DNA of 64,000 nt from a virus, in the IMG/VR virus record IMGVR_UViG_3300037483_000594, positions 96,001 to 160,000 of that record, one strand, 5' to 3'. The translations under genes and the position numbers were made by a program. Below are positions 26,102 through 35,944 of the stretch, piece by piece. Position 1 is the first letter of the stretch. Every line of letters begins with the position of its first letter. The notes under the pieces were generated by a model that did not search any database, was not told the DNA's origin, and saw only the letters and a program-made list of their open reading frames with translations.

Positions 26102-26458
26102 ATGTTCAGCTTACTCGACAAATCAGCCAAGTTGGCGAGTGTCCTTGGGACGGTGGGCCGAGGGGCCGCCGGTGCCTACGACGTGATCGGCTCGGGGACT
26201 GCCGGGATGGCCGACGCCATCAGGCGGCTCTCCGCGGCCGGGTCCGCTACCGGGCAAGCGTCTGGGGTGGCGAACACCGCAGCGGGGCTGGTGCGCGCGG
26301 CGCCGTGGCTGGCGGGCGGGGCCCTTGCAGCCAAGGGGGTCAACGACGTGGCCGGAGACCCCGTGGGGCGTGAGATCGAGTTCCAGAAGGAACAGATGCG
26401 CCAGCGGCTTGCCCAGACCAGGGCTGTCTGGGACCCGGACAGGGGGATGATGCTGTGA
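26102..26458 (+). CDS. small Gly/Ala-rich protein
   Basis: AGGAGG RBS; LDKSAKLAS leader. Confidence 0.6.
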   Translation: MFSLLDKSAKLASVLGTVGRGAAGAYDVIGSGTAGMADAIRRLSAAGSATGQASGVANTAAGLVRAAPWLAGGALAAKGVNDVAGDPVGREIEFQKEQMRQRLAQTRAVWDPDRGMML

Positions 26459-27042
26459 CACCAATCGACGAGTTCGCAGCGCTCGAAAAAACGGCTTTCA
26501 ACTGGGCACACCCGGCTGTAGGGGTAGCTTCCGCGGTGGCTGCCCCACTGGTGGTGACCGGGATCGCTGCCGGGCTGGGGGCTGCCAAGGACGCTATCGT
26601 CAAGGCTCGTGGATTTCGGCAGATGGTCGAGCGCAACCCGGAGCTGCAGGACCAGCCTGCCGCGCTTGTGAAGGAGCGGTACAACTCGCTCTACCGCATC
26701 TCCCCCACGATAATGAGCGACCCTGTCTCCGCAGGGGGGATCATGCGGGGCTTGGACACCTACGGCGGGATGCTTCATCCCAACGCGGTCAAGGAGCTGG
26801 CGGACGCGGAGAACAAGATGCACCGTCCCCTGTCCCCGATGATGAACCAGCTCATGTCGAGTACGACCCAGGCCATGGCAAACATGCCCGCTAGCTTCAT
26901 GGCCGCTGACCGGGATCGGTTGAAGGCCGAGGATATGCTTCAGGCGCAGCAGCTCGCCCGGCGCAAGGCCACCCTTGAGCAGGCGAAGTTCAAGCTGGAC
27001 AAAAAGCGGTTCAACCGCGATGAGCTCAGCTACTGGGACTAG
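26455..27042 (+). CDS. putative internal head protein with a hydrophobic helix
   Basis: LEKTAF leader then AVGVASAVAAPLVVTGIAAGLG. Confidence 0.6.
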   Translation: MTPIDEFAALEKTAFNWAHPAVGVASAVAAPLVVTGIAAGLGAAKDAIVKARGFRQMVERNPELQDQPAALVKERYNSLYRISPTIMSDPVSAGGIMRGLDTYGGMLHPNAVKELADAENKMHRPLSPMMNQLMSSTTQAMANMPASFMAADRDRLKAEDMLQAQQLARRKATLEQAKFKLDKKRFNRDELSYWD

Positions 27043-27043
27043 C

Positions 27044-27892
27044 ATGCTCTACAAAGTCGCCACGGTACTGAGTCACGGGGAGGAGGACGGGTACACCCGG
27101 CTTGTCTACCCGCGTGGGTACAACGACCATCTCGAAAAAACAGCGTCGGACCCTGTTGCCATCGAGGCGCTGCGTTCGTTTGCCCACGAGCACCTTCCGC
27201 AGGACTCGGACAAGGTGCACACGCTGATAAGTGCGATGGGCGCAAGCGAGTACTACGGGAGCAACTCCAACGGGGACATCTTTTCCGAGCGTGCCTTGCA
27301 GCACAAGCCCGAGCGGTGGGACACCATGTCCTACCAGCAGCAGAAGACCGAGGGGAAGCAGTGGGAGTGGGGGTTCCCCACCTTCTACAACGCGCTGCAG
27401 TTCATGCACCACGGCAACAAAGTGCCGGAGAAGGCCATCGGCACCGTAGAGTACACCACGTGGGACGACCACATGAAGCGTGTGCTCCTGATCGTGTCGT
27501 TTAGCCGTGGAGCAGCGGACAAGTTCGGGGGGTCCAACACCATCCGTAAGATCGACGCCGGGGAGCCCGTGGCCGTGTCCATGGGGGCTCGCCTGCTCTT
27601 CGACTACTGCTCGGTGTGTGTAGACTGGCCGCGCCTCGTGCCGTTCGGAGACAACCCCACCGCTATCTTGACCGAACACCACCGCAAGCCTATTCGGGGG
27701 GTGAGCACGGACAAGAACGGGTACTGTACCCATATCCGCACCCAGAACAACGCCATCCTCCCGAACGGAGTGCGGGTGGGCATGATCAACCCCTACCCAC
27801 GCTTCTTCGACATCTCCGCAGTCTACATCGGGGCGGACAAGACCTCCTTTGTGCTGGCCAAGCTGGCAAGCGCTCCTTTGTGGGTAGCGTGA
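27044..27892 (+). CDS. prohead maturation protease (HK97/herpes-type serine protease, putative)
   Basis: NSNGDIF, FMHHGNK (candidate His), AVSMGA (candidate Ser), CSVC..CTH, FFDISAV..GAD; upstream of scaffold and capsid genes. Confidence 0.7.
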   Translation: MLYKVATVLSHGEEDGYTRLVYPRGYNDHLEKTASDPVAIEALRSFAHEHLPQDSDKVHTLISAMGASEYYGSNSNGDIFSERALQHKPERWDTMSYQQQKTEGKQWEWGFPTFYNALQFMHHGNKVPEKAIGTVEYTTWDDHMKRVLLIVSFSRGAADKFGGSNTIRKIDAGEPVAVSMGARLLFDYCSVCVDWPRLVPFGDNPTAILTEHHRKPIRGVSTDKNGYCTHIRTQNNAILPNGVRVGMINPYPRFFDISAVYIGADKTSFVLAKLASAPLWVA

Positions 27893-29313
27893 GACGTGCG
27901 GTGGCCGAGGCGCTCGGGCTGTGCGGTGAGCTGCTGAAGCTTGCCAAGGAGTTCGCCCCGGGTATCCCCGCCCGCAAGATAGAAGACATCCCCACCGTGC
28001 CCCACGAAGGGGAGAACAAGACCTGGCAGTTTAGCGCAGCGAAGCACCCCGCTGCCGTCCGGGGTGACCACATCGACCTGAGGTTGGTCGACGAGCGCGG
28101 GCGCGCCCACTCCTGGGCTACCAACCGTCTCCCCGAGCCTGGAGAGGGCTCCTTTGCGGCACAGCAGCCAACGCACACAGGACGGTACGCCTTGCGGAAA
28201 AAGCCGTTTGCTATCCCTCCTGGGTACGGGGGTACGCGCCCGGGGGAGAAGGTGACCCCCCTCGTGGTGCAGCCCACCGAGGTGATCAGCGCCAACAACG
28301 AGCGTGTGCACCTGCTCCGACACCACGGCCAAGAGACTGACGAGCTCGTTCTCCGCAAGCTCCCGGTCACGGAGGGCAAGAAGCCACTGTGGATGTTGCG
28401 TAACGTCACCAAGCGCCGCGGGGACCTCCCCGACTACAAGCCGAAGTACAAGGACACACGCCCGGCGGACATAGACTTCGAGAACACCGACCAGGTCATG
28501 CTCCCGAAGCTGGACGGAAGCCATGCGCTCCTTGAGCTGAACAACGGAGAGATGATGCGCGTGTACTCCTACCGCCCCACTGCGCGCAAGACCGGGGTCA
28601 TCGAGCACACTTTCAAGTTCCCCGGTTTTCAAAATGTGAAGGGCACCCCCGAGACCGCAAGGACCTTGGTCCGGGCGGAGGTGTGGGGCTCGGACAAAGC
28701 GGGGAAGGCCATCTCGGCAGCGCAGTTGGGTGGTATCCTGAACTCGTCTGTCCCCAACGCCCGGCGCAAGCTGGACGAGGGTGTGCTCATGCGGCTGACC
28801 GGGATCGATGTGGTACGTCACAAAGGGAAGAACATGGAGGGTGCTCCCTTCGGGGAGAAGCTCAAGGTCCTCCAACAGGTCACCGACGCCACCAAGGGGG
28901 TCGTTGAACTCCCGGAGATGGCGCGCACCGCGGAAGAGAAACGGAAGCTCCTCTCCGCTATCGAGAGCGGCAGCTACCCAGCCACAAAAGAGGGAGTCGT
29001 TCTCCGCTCTTTAAAAAGTGGGGCTCCTCCAGTACGCTCCAAGTTCAGACCGGACACTGATGTTTACGTGACCGGGGTGTTTACGAAGCCGAGGGGGGAA
29101 GCGCGGGGGATGGCAGGGGGGTTCACGTACTCGCACGCCCCCGGGGGGCCGACGGTGGGCCGGGTGGGGACAGGGTTCACACAGGCGGAACGCCAGCGCA
29201 TGCTGCGTGCCCCAGAGGAGTACGTGGGGAGGGCAGCCAAGGTGCTAAGCCTTGGGAAGACGGAGGGTGCGCTCCGGGCACCGAGCTTTGCGGAGTGGCA
29301 TCTCGACAAGTAG
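27889..29313 (+). CDS. LigD-type 3'-phosphoesterase fused to ATP-dependent DNA ligase
   Basis: KHPAAVRGDHIDLRL..HSWA (phosphoesterase); PKLDG, EGVVL, RSKFRP, GRVGTGF, LRAPSF (ligase and OB fold); GTGA coupling to the protease gene. Confidence 0.85.
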   Translation: MRRAVAEALGLCGELLKLAKEFAPGIPARKIEDIPTVPHEGENKTWQFSAAKHPAAVRGDHIDLRLVDERGRAHSWATNRLPEPGEGSFAAQQPTHTGRYALRKKPFAIPPGYGGTRPGEKVTPLVVQPTEVISANNERVHLLRHHGQETDELVLRKLPVTEGKKPLWMLRNVTKRRGDLPDYKPKYKDTRPADIDFENTDQVMLPKLDGSHALLELNNGEMMRVYSYRPTARKTGVIEHTFKFPGFQNVKGTPETARTLVRAEVWGSDKAGKAISAAQLGGILNSSVPNARRKLDEGVLMRLTGIDVVRHKGKNMEGAPFGEKLKVLQQVTDATKGVVELPEMARTAEEKRKLLSAIESGSYPATKEGVVLRSLKSGAPPVRSKFRPDTDVYVTGVFTKPRGEARGMAGGFTYSHAPGGPTVGRVGTGFTQAERQRMLRAPEEYVGRAAKVLSLGKTEGALRAPSFAEWHLDK

Positions 29314-29322
29314 GAGGGTGTT

Positions 29323-30186
29323 GTGGCAAAGACAGCCGAGTACCTGGACTTCTCGTACATCCCGCCAGAGACCGAGGCAGAGCTGAACAGGGACCTGCGG
29401 AGAGCGCACAAGTTCATCGACACCTCCAAGCTGGCCTCACAGGAAAAAGAGGCCATCATCGACAAACAGGTGCGCAGCAACTTCGAGGGCAACCTGAACG
29501 CCTTTACCGCCGCCGAGCCCTCACTGCCCACAGGGCTCCTTAACACGCTCGGCTCTGCCCTCTCCGAAGCGCTCTCCTCTTCCGGCGGGATGGTCATCGT
29601 TATCAAGCCCCGGGAGTTCCAGCGTATGTACCTCGGCCACCTCGGCCGCCGCGACGTTGCTGACCAGCTCGACCAGTGTCACGGCATGTTCCGCCCCGGC
29701 GCTCCCCCAGACCCCGACTTTTTAATGGGTGACACCATCGTCCCCAAGATCCTGCAGGCGCTCATGCCCCTCATGCAGGACCGCAGTGCCATGGCCCCCT
29801 GCATCCACCGACGGGTCGTGCTCAGTGGAGTGATCAAACCCCGAGGGAACTCTGATCAGTTTATCGAACATCCGTTGATGGACAAGATTTCGAGCGCGTA
29901 CAGTGCGTACCGGCAGCAGCTTTTGTACAACCTTCCGGAGTTGGTAAAAAGCGCGTCGCGCACAGAAGAGATGCGACACTTTTTCAACGAGCTGTCCGGG
30001 GGTGATCACTCTTGGATTGCGAAGACGGCGTCTTCTATGATGGAATCAACGTTAACGATGTTGCCGATTTCGTATGTTAACTGTGCTCATCTCTCTGGTC
30101 CTGTGAGCCCCTTCGTGTCCGACAACTGCTCTTACAGGGGGCTGCAGAAGGCAGGAGCTTACGCACAGGCCAGTGGTTTGGTGTAG
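29323..30186 (+). CDS. K-x-A-containing head-associated protein
   Basis: AGGAGG RBS; MAKTAE, KLASQEKEA, VKSAS, AKTAS. Confidence 0.55.
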   Translation: MAKTAEYLDFSYIPPETEAELNRDLRRAHKFIDTSKLASQEKEAIIDKQVRSNFEGNLNAFTAAEPSLPTGLLNTLGSALSEALSSSGGMVIVIKPREFQRMYLGHLGRRDVADQLDQCHGMFRPGAPPDPDFLMGDTIVPKILQALMPLMQDRSAMAPCIHRRVVLSGVIKPRGNSDQFIEHPLMDKISSAYSAYRQQLLYNLPELVKSASRTEEMRHFFNELSGGDHSWIAKTASSMMESTLTMLPISYVNCAHLSGPVSPFVSDNCSYRGLQKAGAYAQASGLV

Positions 30187-30243
30187 GTCACGTCAGTGCC
30201 CGATGATCGCCAACAGTTAACAAGCGGCTAACAGGAGGAAACA

Positions 30244-31122
30244 ATGGACGAGACCTACGAGTGGCTCAAGGGATACTTTGGGATGGACAAAGAGGCGAGT
30301 GCGGCCAAGGAGCAGGAAGTCTCCGTGGCCCAAGAGAAGATCGCCTCGGACCTGCTGTTCGCGCGGAGTGCCGTCGAACAGCTCGAGAAGGACGCCGCGG
30401 CGTCCGGTGTCGACCTGACGCAGTACGATGATGACGCCATCCTGCAGCTCGCGCTCGAGCGGGCGCAGGGCACCCAGGAGAAGACCGCTGGTCAGCAGAT
30501 GACCCCGGAGCAGGAGTTCGTGGAGCTGCACAAGTTCGCCGGGCAGATCCAGGGCTTCTCCGCGTTCCAGACGCTGCAACAGCTCCTGAAGGAGGGCGCG
30601 GCGGCCGAAGAGGTGGCGAGCGCGAGTGGGAAGCTGAAGAATCTCGGCTCCAAGGCCTGGGACGCACTGAAGGGCGCGGAGCGCAAGGCCAGCGGCGCCG
30701 TGGGCGATGCCACCCGCACGTCCGGGCAGAAGAGCAAGGCGTGGGAAGACGCGGCCAAGTCGGTCAAGGAGGAAGAGTCCGCCCTGCTCTCACCTCGCGG
30801 GAAGATGAACCTGACGGAACAGCGGGTGAAGGACGAGCAGTTGTCCCGTGGCCGGAAGATCATCGGCGGCACGGCGGCAGCCCTGGGTGTCGGTGGAGCC
30901 GGTGCGGTGGCAGCCACCAAGAAGGACGGCAAGACCGCCGAGGCGTCCGCGGTGGAGAACCTGATCGAGCTCCGACAGATCGACATGCTCAAGGAGGCCG
31001 GGTACGTGGACCAAAACGGGAACGTCGTGGCCCCCGATGCGCCGCAGGAGAAGACTGCGGAGTTCATGTCCGCGATCGACGCGGAAGCGCTGCGCCGCTT
31101 GCACAAGCTCGGCTACCGCTAA
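30244..31122 (+). CDS. scaffold-like protein with an embedded glycine zipper
   Basis: Acidic helical sequence with many K-x-A sites; GGTAAALGVGGAGAVAA. Confidence 0.6.
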   Translation: MDETYEWLKGYFGMDKEASAAKEQEVSVAQEKIASDLLFARSAVEQLEKDAAASGVDLTQYDDDAILQLALERAQGTQEKTAGQQMTPEQEFVELHKFAGQIQGFSAFQTLQQLLKEGAAAEEVASASGKLKNLGSKAWDALKGAERKASGAVGDATRTSGQKSKAWEDAAKSVKEEESALLSPRGKMNLTEQRVKDEQLSRGRKIIGGTAAALGVGGAGAVAATKKDGKTAEASAVENLIELRQIDMLKEAGYVDQNGNVVAPDAPQEKTAEFMSAIDAEALRRLHKLGYR

Positions 31123-31137
31123 CCCAGGAGGTGTGAC

Positions 31138-32532
31138 ATGAATCGCATTGCAGAGCTTGTTCAACGGAGTCTTCACCGGACTTCTGGGATGCAGAAGCTG
31201 GCTGAGGACATCGTTGACAAGCGGTGTGAGCAGTGCGGGAAGGCGATCCCTCCGGACACCGAGCTTTGTGAAGAGTGCGCAGCCCAAAAGGCTGCCACAG
31301 AGGCGCAGAGCATGGGTGCCGAAGGGCCAGCACCCGCACTCGAGGTCACCGCAGGGCTCCTTGACCCGGCAAGGGTCGAGAAGCTGGCCATGGCGATGGA
31401 CTACCTGGCCGCGAACCCGCATACGGTCGACTGGGCTGACGTGATCAAACGGTCTTCGGACATGGGTGCGCCGATGACCGACGAGAACTCTCCGCCACCC
31501 CCGGCATCGACCATCGAGCTGGGCTCCTCCAAGGAGCACCCCACCCTGGACAACCCCCTGAAGCCCGGTGGGGAGCCTGGGGAGCTGCGCACCGACGAGA
31601 ACGTGGTGCCCGAGATGGCGCCAAAGACTGCTGCTATCAACCCGCACATAACCGACGTCCTCTCCACGATTCGTGGAGCTGCTATCCCGACAGGAGTTGG
31701 GGCGGGTACCCTGCTGGGCACGGGGGTTGGGGCTGCGACAGGTGCTCTTGCCGCTGGGGAAGACCAGCGTGGCGCAGGAGCGTTGCGTGGGGCACTCATC
31801 GGCGCCGGTACCGGTGCAGTCGGTGGTGGTCTTCAAGGGTTGGCGCTTCGGCGGGGCGCCGGGCACGCCATAGAGGGGTTGGAAACGATTTCGGACCCGG
31901 CGCTGCTCGCCCGGCTCGGGCAGGAAAAACTCCCGTCCAATGCGTTCAGGGATCTTATGAAGGACCCGGACATGGCGACGGCCATCATGGGGTCTGGCAT
32001 AGATGGCCGCATTGGCAAGGCAGGAGTTGCGCTCAGCGCAGCGGGGGCACTGGCAGGCGCTCCGCTCCTGGCGAGCCAGCTTCGTGGTGTCCCCGAGGAG
32101 ATGGAGGTCACGGCCTCCGCTTTGGTCCGCCGGATCATGAAAAAGGCGGAAGCAACACTCAACCCTGAGGACAGGCCACCTCAGGAACGTCCTGCAGAGG
32201 TAACACAGCAGGAAGCGTTGATCGCTCCGGTGGACGGAGCACTCAACCTCACCCCTGAGCAGGCGGCTGCGGTACCGAAGAAGCAAATGGGCGATTTGCT
32301 GGACGAGCCGATGCAGAGCGCACAGACCGACCCGGTCATCCAACAGGCGTTTAGCCCCGAGATGGTGGCCGACGCGGGCGCGAAGGTCGCGTCTTCCGCG
32401 TTGATCAGCAAGCTCGCGGCTGAGCTCTGTTCGTGTGGCGGGGCCGGGACCTGCGGTCCCTGCAAGATCAAGACGGCAGCCATGAAGAGCACTGCTGCAC
32501 AGGCCATGCGGCAGTCAGGAGGACGACGATGA
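31138..32532 (+). CDS. scaffold-like protein with Zn ribbon and glycine-zipper module
   Basis: CEQC..CEEC; PKTAA...GTGVGAATGALAAGEDQRGAGALRGALIGAGTG...; C-terminal CSC..CGPC. Confidence 0.6.
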   Translation: MNRIAELVQRSLHRTSGMQKLAEDIVDKRCEQCGKAIPPDTELCEECAAQKAATEAQSMGAEGPAPALEVTAGLLDPARVEKLAMAMDYLAANPHTVDWADVIKRSSDMGAPMTDENSPPPPASTIELGSSKEHPTLDNPLKPGGEPGELRTDENVVPEMAPKTAAINPHITDVLSTIRGAAIPTGVGAGTLLGTGVGAATGALAAGEDQRGAGALRGALIGAGTGAVGGGLQGLALRRGAGHAIEGLETISDPALLARLGQEKLPSNAFRDLMKDPDMATAIMGSGIDGRIGKAGVALSAAGALAGAPLLASQLRGVPEEMEVTASALVRRIMKKAEATLNPEDRPPQERPAEVTQQEALIAPVDGALNLTPEQAAAVPKKQMGDLLDEPMQSAQTDPVIQQAFSPEMVADAGAKVASSALISKLAAELCSCGGAGTCGPCKIKTAAMKSTAAQAMRQSGGRR

Positions 32533-32894
32533 ACAAGGTAGCATCGGAAAACGTCCTCGCTGTCCTGCGAGCTGCTGGCCCCACTCTCCGCAAGCTGGCT
32601 TCTGAGAACCAGAGGCTGCAGGCGGAGAACGGGCGTATGCGCCGGGTCATCGAGCAGAAGGAACTCGCAGAACGAGTGGAGAAGGTGGCCAGCGAAGCCT
32701 TTGCCAAGGACCTTTCGCTGGGTACTTTCGACGAGACTCGTGCTTTCTTCGCGAAGAAGGCAGCGGAAGGACAACTCTCCGAGTGGGAGAAGGCCACGAA
32801 GCTCGCGGCGCGACGGTTCGATTTGGGGCAGCCCGGGTCCACCCAGAACGGTGGGTCTGCGCTGGAACGGTTCCTACTGGAAGGTGAGGTTTAA
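32529..32894 (+). CDS. scaffolding protein (putative)
   Basis: Coiled coil with MNKVAS/RKLAS/EKVAS; ends ALERFLL; two genes upstream of the capsid gene. Confidence 0.55.
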   Translation: MNKVASENVLAVLRAAGPTLRKLASENQRLQAENGRMRRVIEQKELAERVEKVASEAFAKDLSLGTFDETRAFFAKKAAEGQLSEWEKATKLAARRFDLGQPGSTQNGGSALERFLLEGEV

Positions 32895-32896
32895 CA

Positions 32897-33361
32897 ATGG
32901 CAAAGGTCAGGACATTCGAGGTGCTTTCCCCTCTGAAGAGTCTCGAGATCAAGTCAGTGTCGGTCGACGACCCCGCACTGCTGGACTTCGAGAACGCGAA
33001 CCCGCTCGAGGAGGGGGAGTGGCTGGTGCTCAACACGGACGGTGAGGCAGTGCGCCCCACCGTGTCCCCGTCGATCGCTGAGGCAGGGCCCTACGCCCTG
33101 TTCGCGGAGAAGGGGCGCTCCGATACACAGATGGCGCGGAAGGTGCCGCTTATCATGGGCGGCTCTTTCCTCTTCCGCACCAAGATCTTCACGACGAACG
33201 CGCTGCTGGTCCCTGGGGCGGCAGTCGAAGTGGCCACCGTGGTCTATGACGGGCTTAACAGGGCCGGGTTGCAGCTTTTCACCGCTGGCAAGGCGGTTGG
33301 GCATGTCATTCGGGCGGAAGACGCCGATGGCTGGTTGACGGTGCAGTACACCGCTTCGTAA
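32897..33361 (+). CDS. capsid decoration/cement protein (putative)
   Basis: 154-aa beta-rich protein immediately upstream of the capsid gene. Confidence 0.55.
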   Translation: MAKVRTFEVLSPLKSLEIKSVSVDDPALLDFENANPLEEGEWLVLNTDGEAVRPTVSPSIAEAGPYALFAEKGRSDTQMARKVPLIMGGSFLFRTKIFTTNALLVPGAAVEVATVVYDGLNRAGLQLFTAGKAVGHVIRAEDADGWLTVQYTAS

Positions 33362-33371
33362 GGAGAAGAAC

Positions 33372-34496
33372 ATGTTGGACAGTAGGACTGCGCAGCTCAA
33401 CAACGCCTTCATGGAGAAGGTGGCCTCGGCCCCTGACAAGCTGGCGCGAGCAACTTCCTCGACGATCGAAGACCACATGCGGGAAGCCGCGTTCGTGCGC
33501 TCGATCCTCACGTTCAAGGACGTGAGCCCGGACGACCCGTTCATCAAGAACAGCACCCACACGGACACCCTGGTGGCGGTGGTCGGGATTCAGCCTGACT
33601 CTCGCGCCATGGTCGTCGACTTTCGTGGGCGGCCTGACGCACAGCTCGTGTCCGGACAGCGCGTGGAGGTCGGGTTCTTCACGATCTCCTCACAGCTCTT
33701 CCAGGCCTACGAGATCGAGCTCTTGGCCTACGACGAGTCGATCACCAAGCGGATCGAAGAGCAGAGCGCCCTGGACATCGAGGAGATCGAGGACCGGGAG
33801 TGGATCATCCACACCGACGCGGCCGTCCAGGCCATGCAGACCGAGTTCAACGGTGGGGCGGTCACCTCGCTGCACGAGACCACCATCACCGCCGGGACCG
33901 TCCGGGAGTACTCGGTGGCCAAGAGTGCGTGGGCGCGTGTGGACACCAACAACAACGCGTTCAAGTGGCCCACCCTCAAGCAGGACCTGGTGCGCGGGCA
34001 ACAGATGATGGTGGAGCGTCGTCTGCGGGCAGAGACCGTGCTGCTCCCGGACACCAACTACCTCGACCTGTTCCTGTGGACGGTCGACGAGACCGGGCAG
34101 CTCATCCCCAGCGAGACCGCCACCGACGGATGGAAGTCCGAGAAGGTGGTCGGGCTGAAGATGTTGCGGTCGATCAAGCACGACATCCTGCGCCCAGGGA
34201 ACGTGTACTTCTACCCCGCGGAGAAGTACTTGGGCGTGGCGTTCAGGCTGCAGAAGCTGCAGTTCTGGATCGACAAGGAGCAGGACCTCATCGAGTGGAG
34301 GTGCTGGGAGATCATCGCCATGGCGTTGATCAACATCGGTGCCCCCACCAAGATCGAGACCTACTCCGGGGATGCCACCACCCTCGACGCGAACGCTATC
34401 GCTGCCAACGTGCAGCCGGTGGCCGAGTCGGCAGTGGGCATCACCAACAACCGCGTCGAAGACGACCTCATCTTCCCCCAGATCAAGTTCTACTAG
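33372..34496 (+). CDS. major capsid protein
   Basis: 374 aa, strongly biased codon usage, AAGGAG RBS; HK97/encapsulin-like segments (REAAFVRSIL, IEEIEDREW); position after protease and scaffold. Confidence 0.8.
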   Translation: MLDSRTAQLNNAFMEKVASAPDKLARATSSTIEDHMREAAFVRSILTFKDVSPDDPFIKNSTHTDTLVAVVGIQPDSRAMVVDFRGRPDAQLVSGQRVEVGFFTISSQLFQAYEIELLAYDESITKRIEEQSALDIEEIEDREWIIHTDAAVQAMQTEFNGGAVTSLHETTITAGTVREYSVAKSAWARVDTNNNAFKWPTLKQDLVRGQQMMVERRLRAETVLLPDTNYLDLFLWTVDETGQLIPSETATDGWKSEKVVGLKMLRSIKHDILRPGNVYFYPAEKYLGVAFRLQKLQFWIDKEQDLIEWRCWEIIAMALINIGAPTKIETYSGDATTLDANAIAANVQPVAESAVGITNNRVEDDLIFPQIKFY

Positions 34497-34542
34497 TTGA
34501 AGTAGCCTCACCTCTTCAGTAGTATAAGAAGAGGAGGCTAGC

Positions 34543-35172
34543 TTGTTTATTATCGTTGGAAATCTGTGCCCCGGTGTACCCGCACCTCAGCAGTTGAGTT
34601 CGGTGAAAAGACCGCACAGCATTCGGCTCGGCGGGCAGATAACCGTTTCGGCGACGGGGGTGGTCGGGGTGACCGGGAAGTTTGTCCAAAGGTTCGCAAA
34701 GGAACTCGCTGCCCACACAGCCGCCAGGGTCCTGACGGTGCACAAAGACTATCTCCGGAGTCCGGCCCTGAGCAGTGCGGAGCTCCTGGCTCTCGGTGCC
34801 GAGTCACCCCCAAAGGTGGTGCTCCCCCTCGCAGAAAGCGTGGAACTCCAGGATGAGGTGTCCGCCGCCACGGAGTTTGTGGGGCAGCTCTCTTCGTCTG
34901 CGGCCCCAGCGCCTGTTGGGCAGCTTTTGGACATTGTGCCGGAGACTGTGGCGAGCGTCGGGCAGCTTCCGTTGTCGGAGACGGTAACCGAGGTTGCAGA
35001 TGCGCTCCCCGAGCCGCCCGACGCACCCCCAGCCGAGCCACAGGCTCCTGGTCTCGAGGACATGACACGCCCAGAGCTGATCGACTTCCTCGGCGCACAC
35101 GGTGTCGAGGTGAAGGAGATCCGGATGCTGAAAAAGGCTGAGCTGCTCGAAAAGGCAAAGGCCTTGTCATGA
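34543..35172 (+). CDS. hypothetical protein with C-terminal Rho-N/HeH-like motif
   Basis: LEDMTRPELIDFL...LKKAELLE. Confidence 0.5.
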   Translation: MFIIVGNLCPGVPAPQQLSSVKRPHSIRLGGQITVSATGVVGVTGKFVQRFAKELAAHTAARVLTVHKDYLRSPALSSAELLALGAESPPKVVLPLAESVELQDEVSAATEFVGQLSSSAAPAPVGQLLDIVPETVASVGQLPLSETVTEVADALPEPPDAPPAEPQAPGLEDMTRPELIDFLGAHGVEVKEIRMLKKAELLEKAKALS

Positions 35173-35432
35173 TCATCTTCAACCTCACCGACAGACTACC
35201 CGGCAGCTCGCCTATCCCGGTCAAGGTCGCAGGGCTCTGCATCCAGCCCGGGGAAAGCGGTCTGGTACCGGAGGGCAGGGTGCGTCGTGCGAAGCTCGCT
35301 GGCCTGGAACAGGCGGGGCTGATCAGCATAGGCGCCCTTCCGGAGTGGTACAAAACCTCGGTCAAGGCGGAGACCTTCAAGCCAAAGAAACGGCGGAGGG
35401 TAGAAGATGACCATTCAACAAGACGCGACTAG
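35169..35432 (+). CDS. hypothetical protein
   Basis: Coupled ORF (ATGA). Confidence 0.55.
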   Translation: MIIFNLTDRLPGSSPIPVKVAGLCIQPGESGLVPEGRVRRAKLAGLEQAGLISIGALPEWYKTSVKAETFKPKKRRRVEDDHSTRRD

Positions 35433-35919
35433 CTCTGCTCAAAAGATCGGGTCTTTTGTCGCGCTGGTGCGGAACTTCCTGCGGGACACCCCGGAACTGA
35501 ACCGCCTTGTAGCTGGGGTCGAGTCCAGTGATCGGGACATAGCGAGCGCCATGCTGGTGGTCCTGAGCGAGTTCAACTCCGAACCCCCTCCGCTGCGCCT
35601 GCACACCTTCGAGGACTTTCTGCAGCGCGGGTGGGTCTACCCGCTCATAAAGGGGGTGGTGGCCTACCTGCTGCGGTCTGTGTGCCTCTTGCAGACGCGG
35701 AACGAGCTTTCGTACAGTGACGGGGGCGTGTCCGTCAGTACCTCTAACCACGGACCCACGCTCATGGGCTACGCCGAGCGCTACAGTGCGGAGTGGGCGG
35801 ACTGGACCAAGAAAACGAAGATCAGTCTGAACATCCAGAACGCGCTCGGGCACTCCGGGGCGTCGAGTGTGTACGCCACTATCAACGGTCTCGACGAGTA
35901 TCTTGAGACACTCCCGTAG
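35407..35919 (+). CDS. head-tail adaptor (putative)
   Basis: VRNFLRDTPELNRL..SDRDI..RNELSYSDGGVSV; post-capsid position. Confidence 0.6.
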   Translation: MTIQQDATSSAQKIGSFVALVRNFLRDTPELNRLVAGVESSDRDIASAMLVVLSEFNSEPPPLRLHTFEDFLQRGWVYPLIKGVVAYLLRSVCLLQTRNELSYSDGGVSVSTSNHGPTLMGYAERYSAEWADWTKKTKISLNIQNALGHSGASSVYATINGLDEYLETLP

Positions 35920-35944
35920 GGTATGATGGGGGGCAGGAGAGCAC

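Noticed and set aside
27616-27888. N-terminal extension of the ligase ORF
   Set aside because: Overlaps the protease core; GTG at 27889 (GTGA coupling) is the more plausible start
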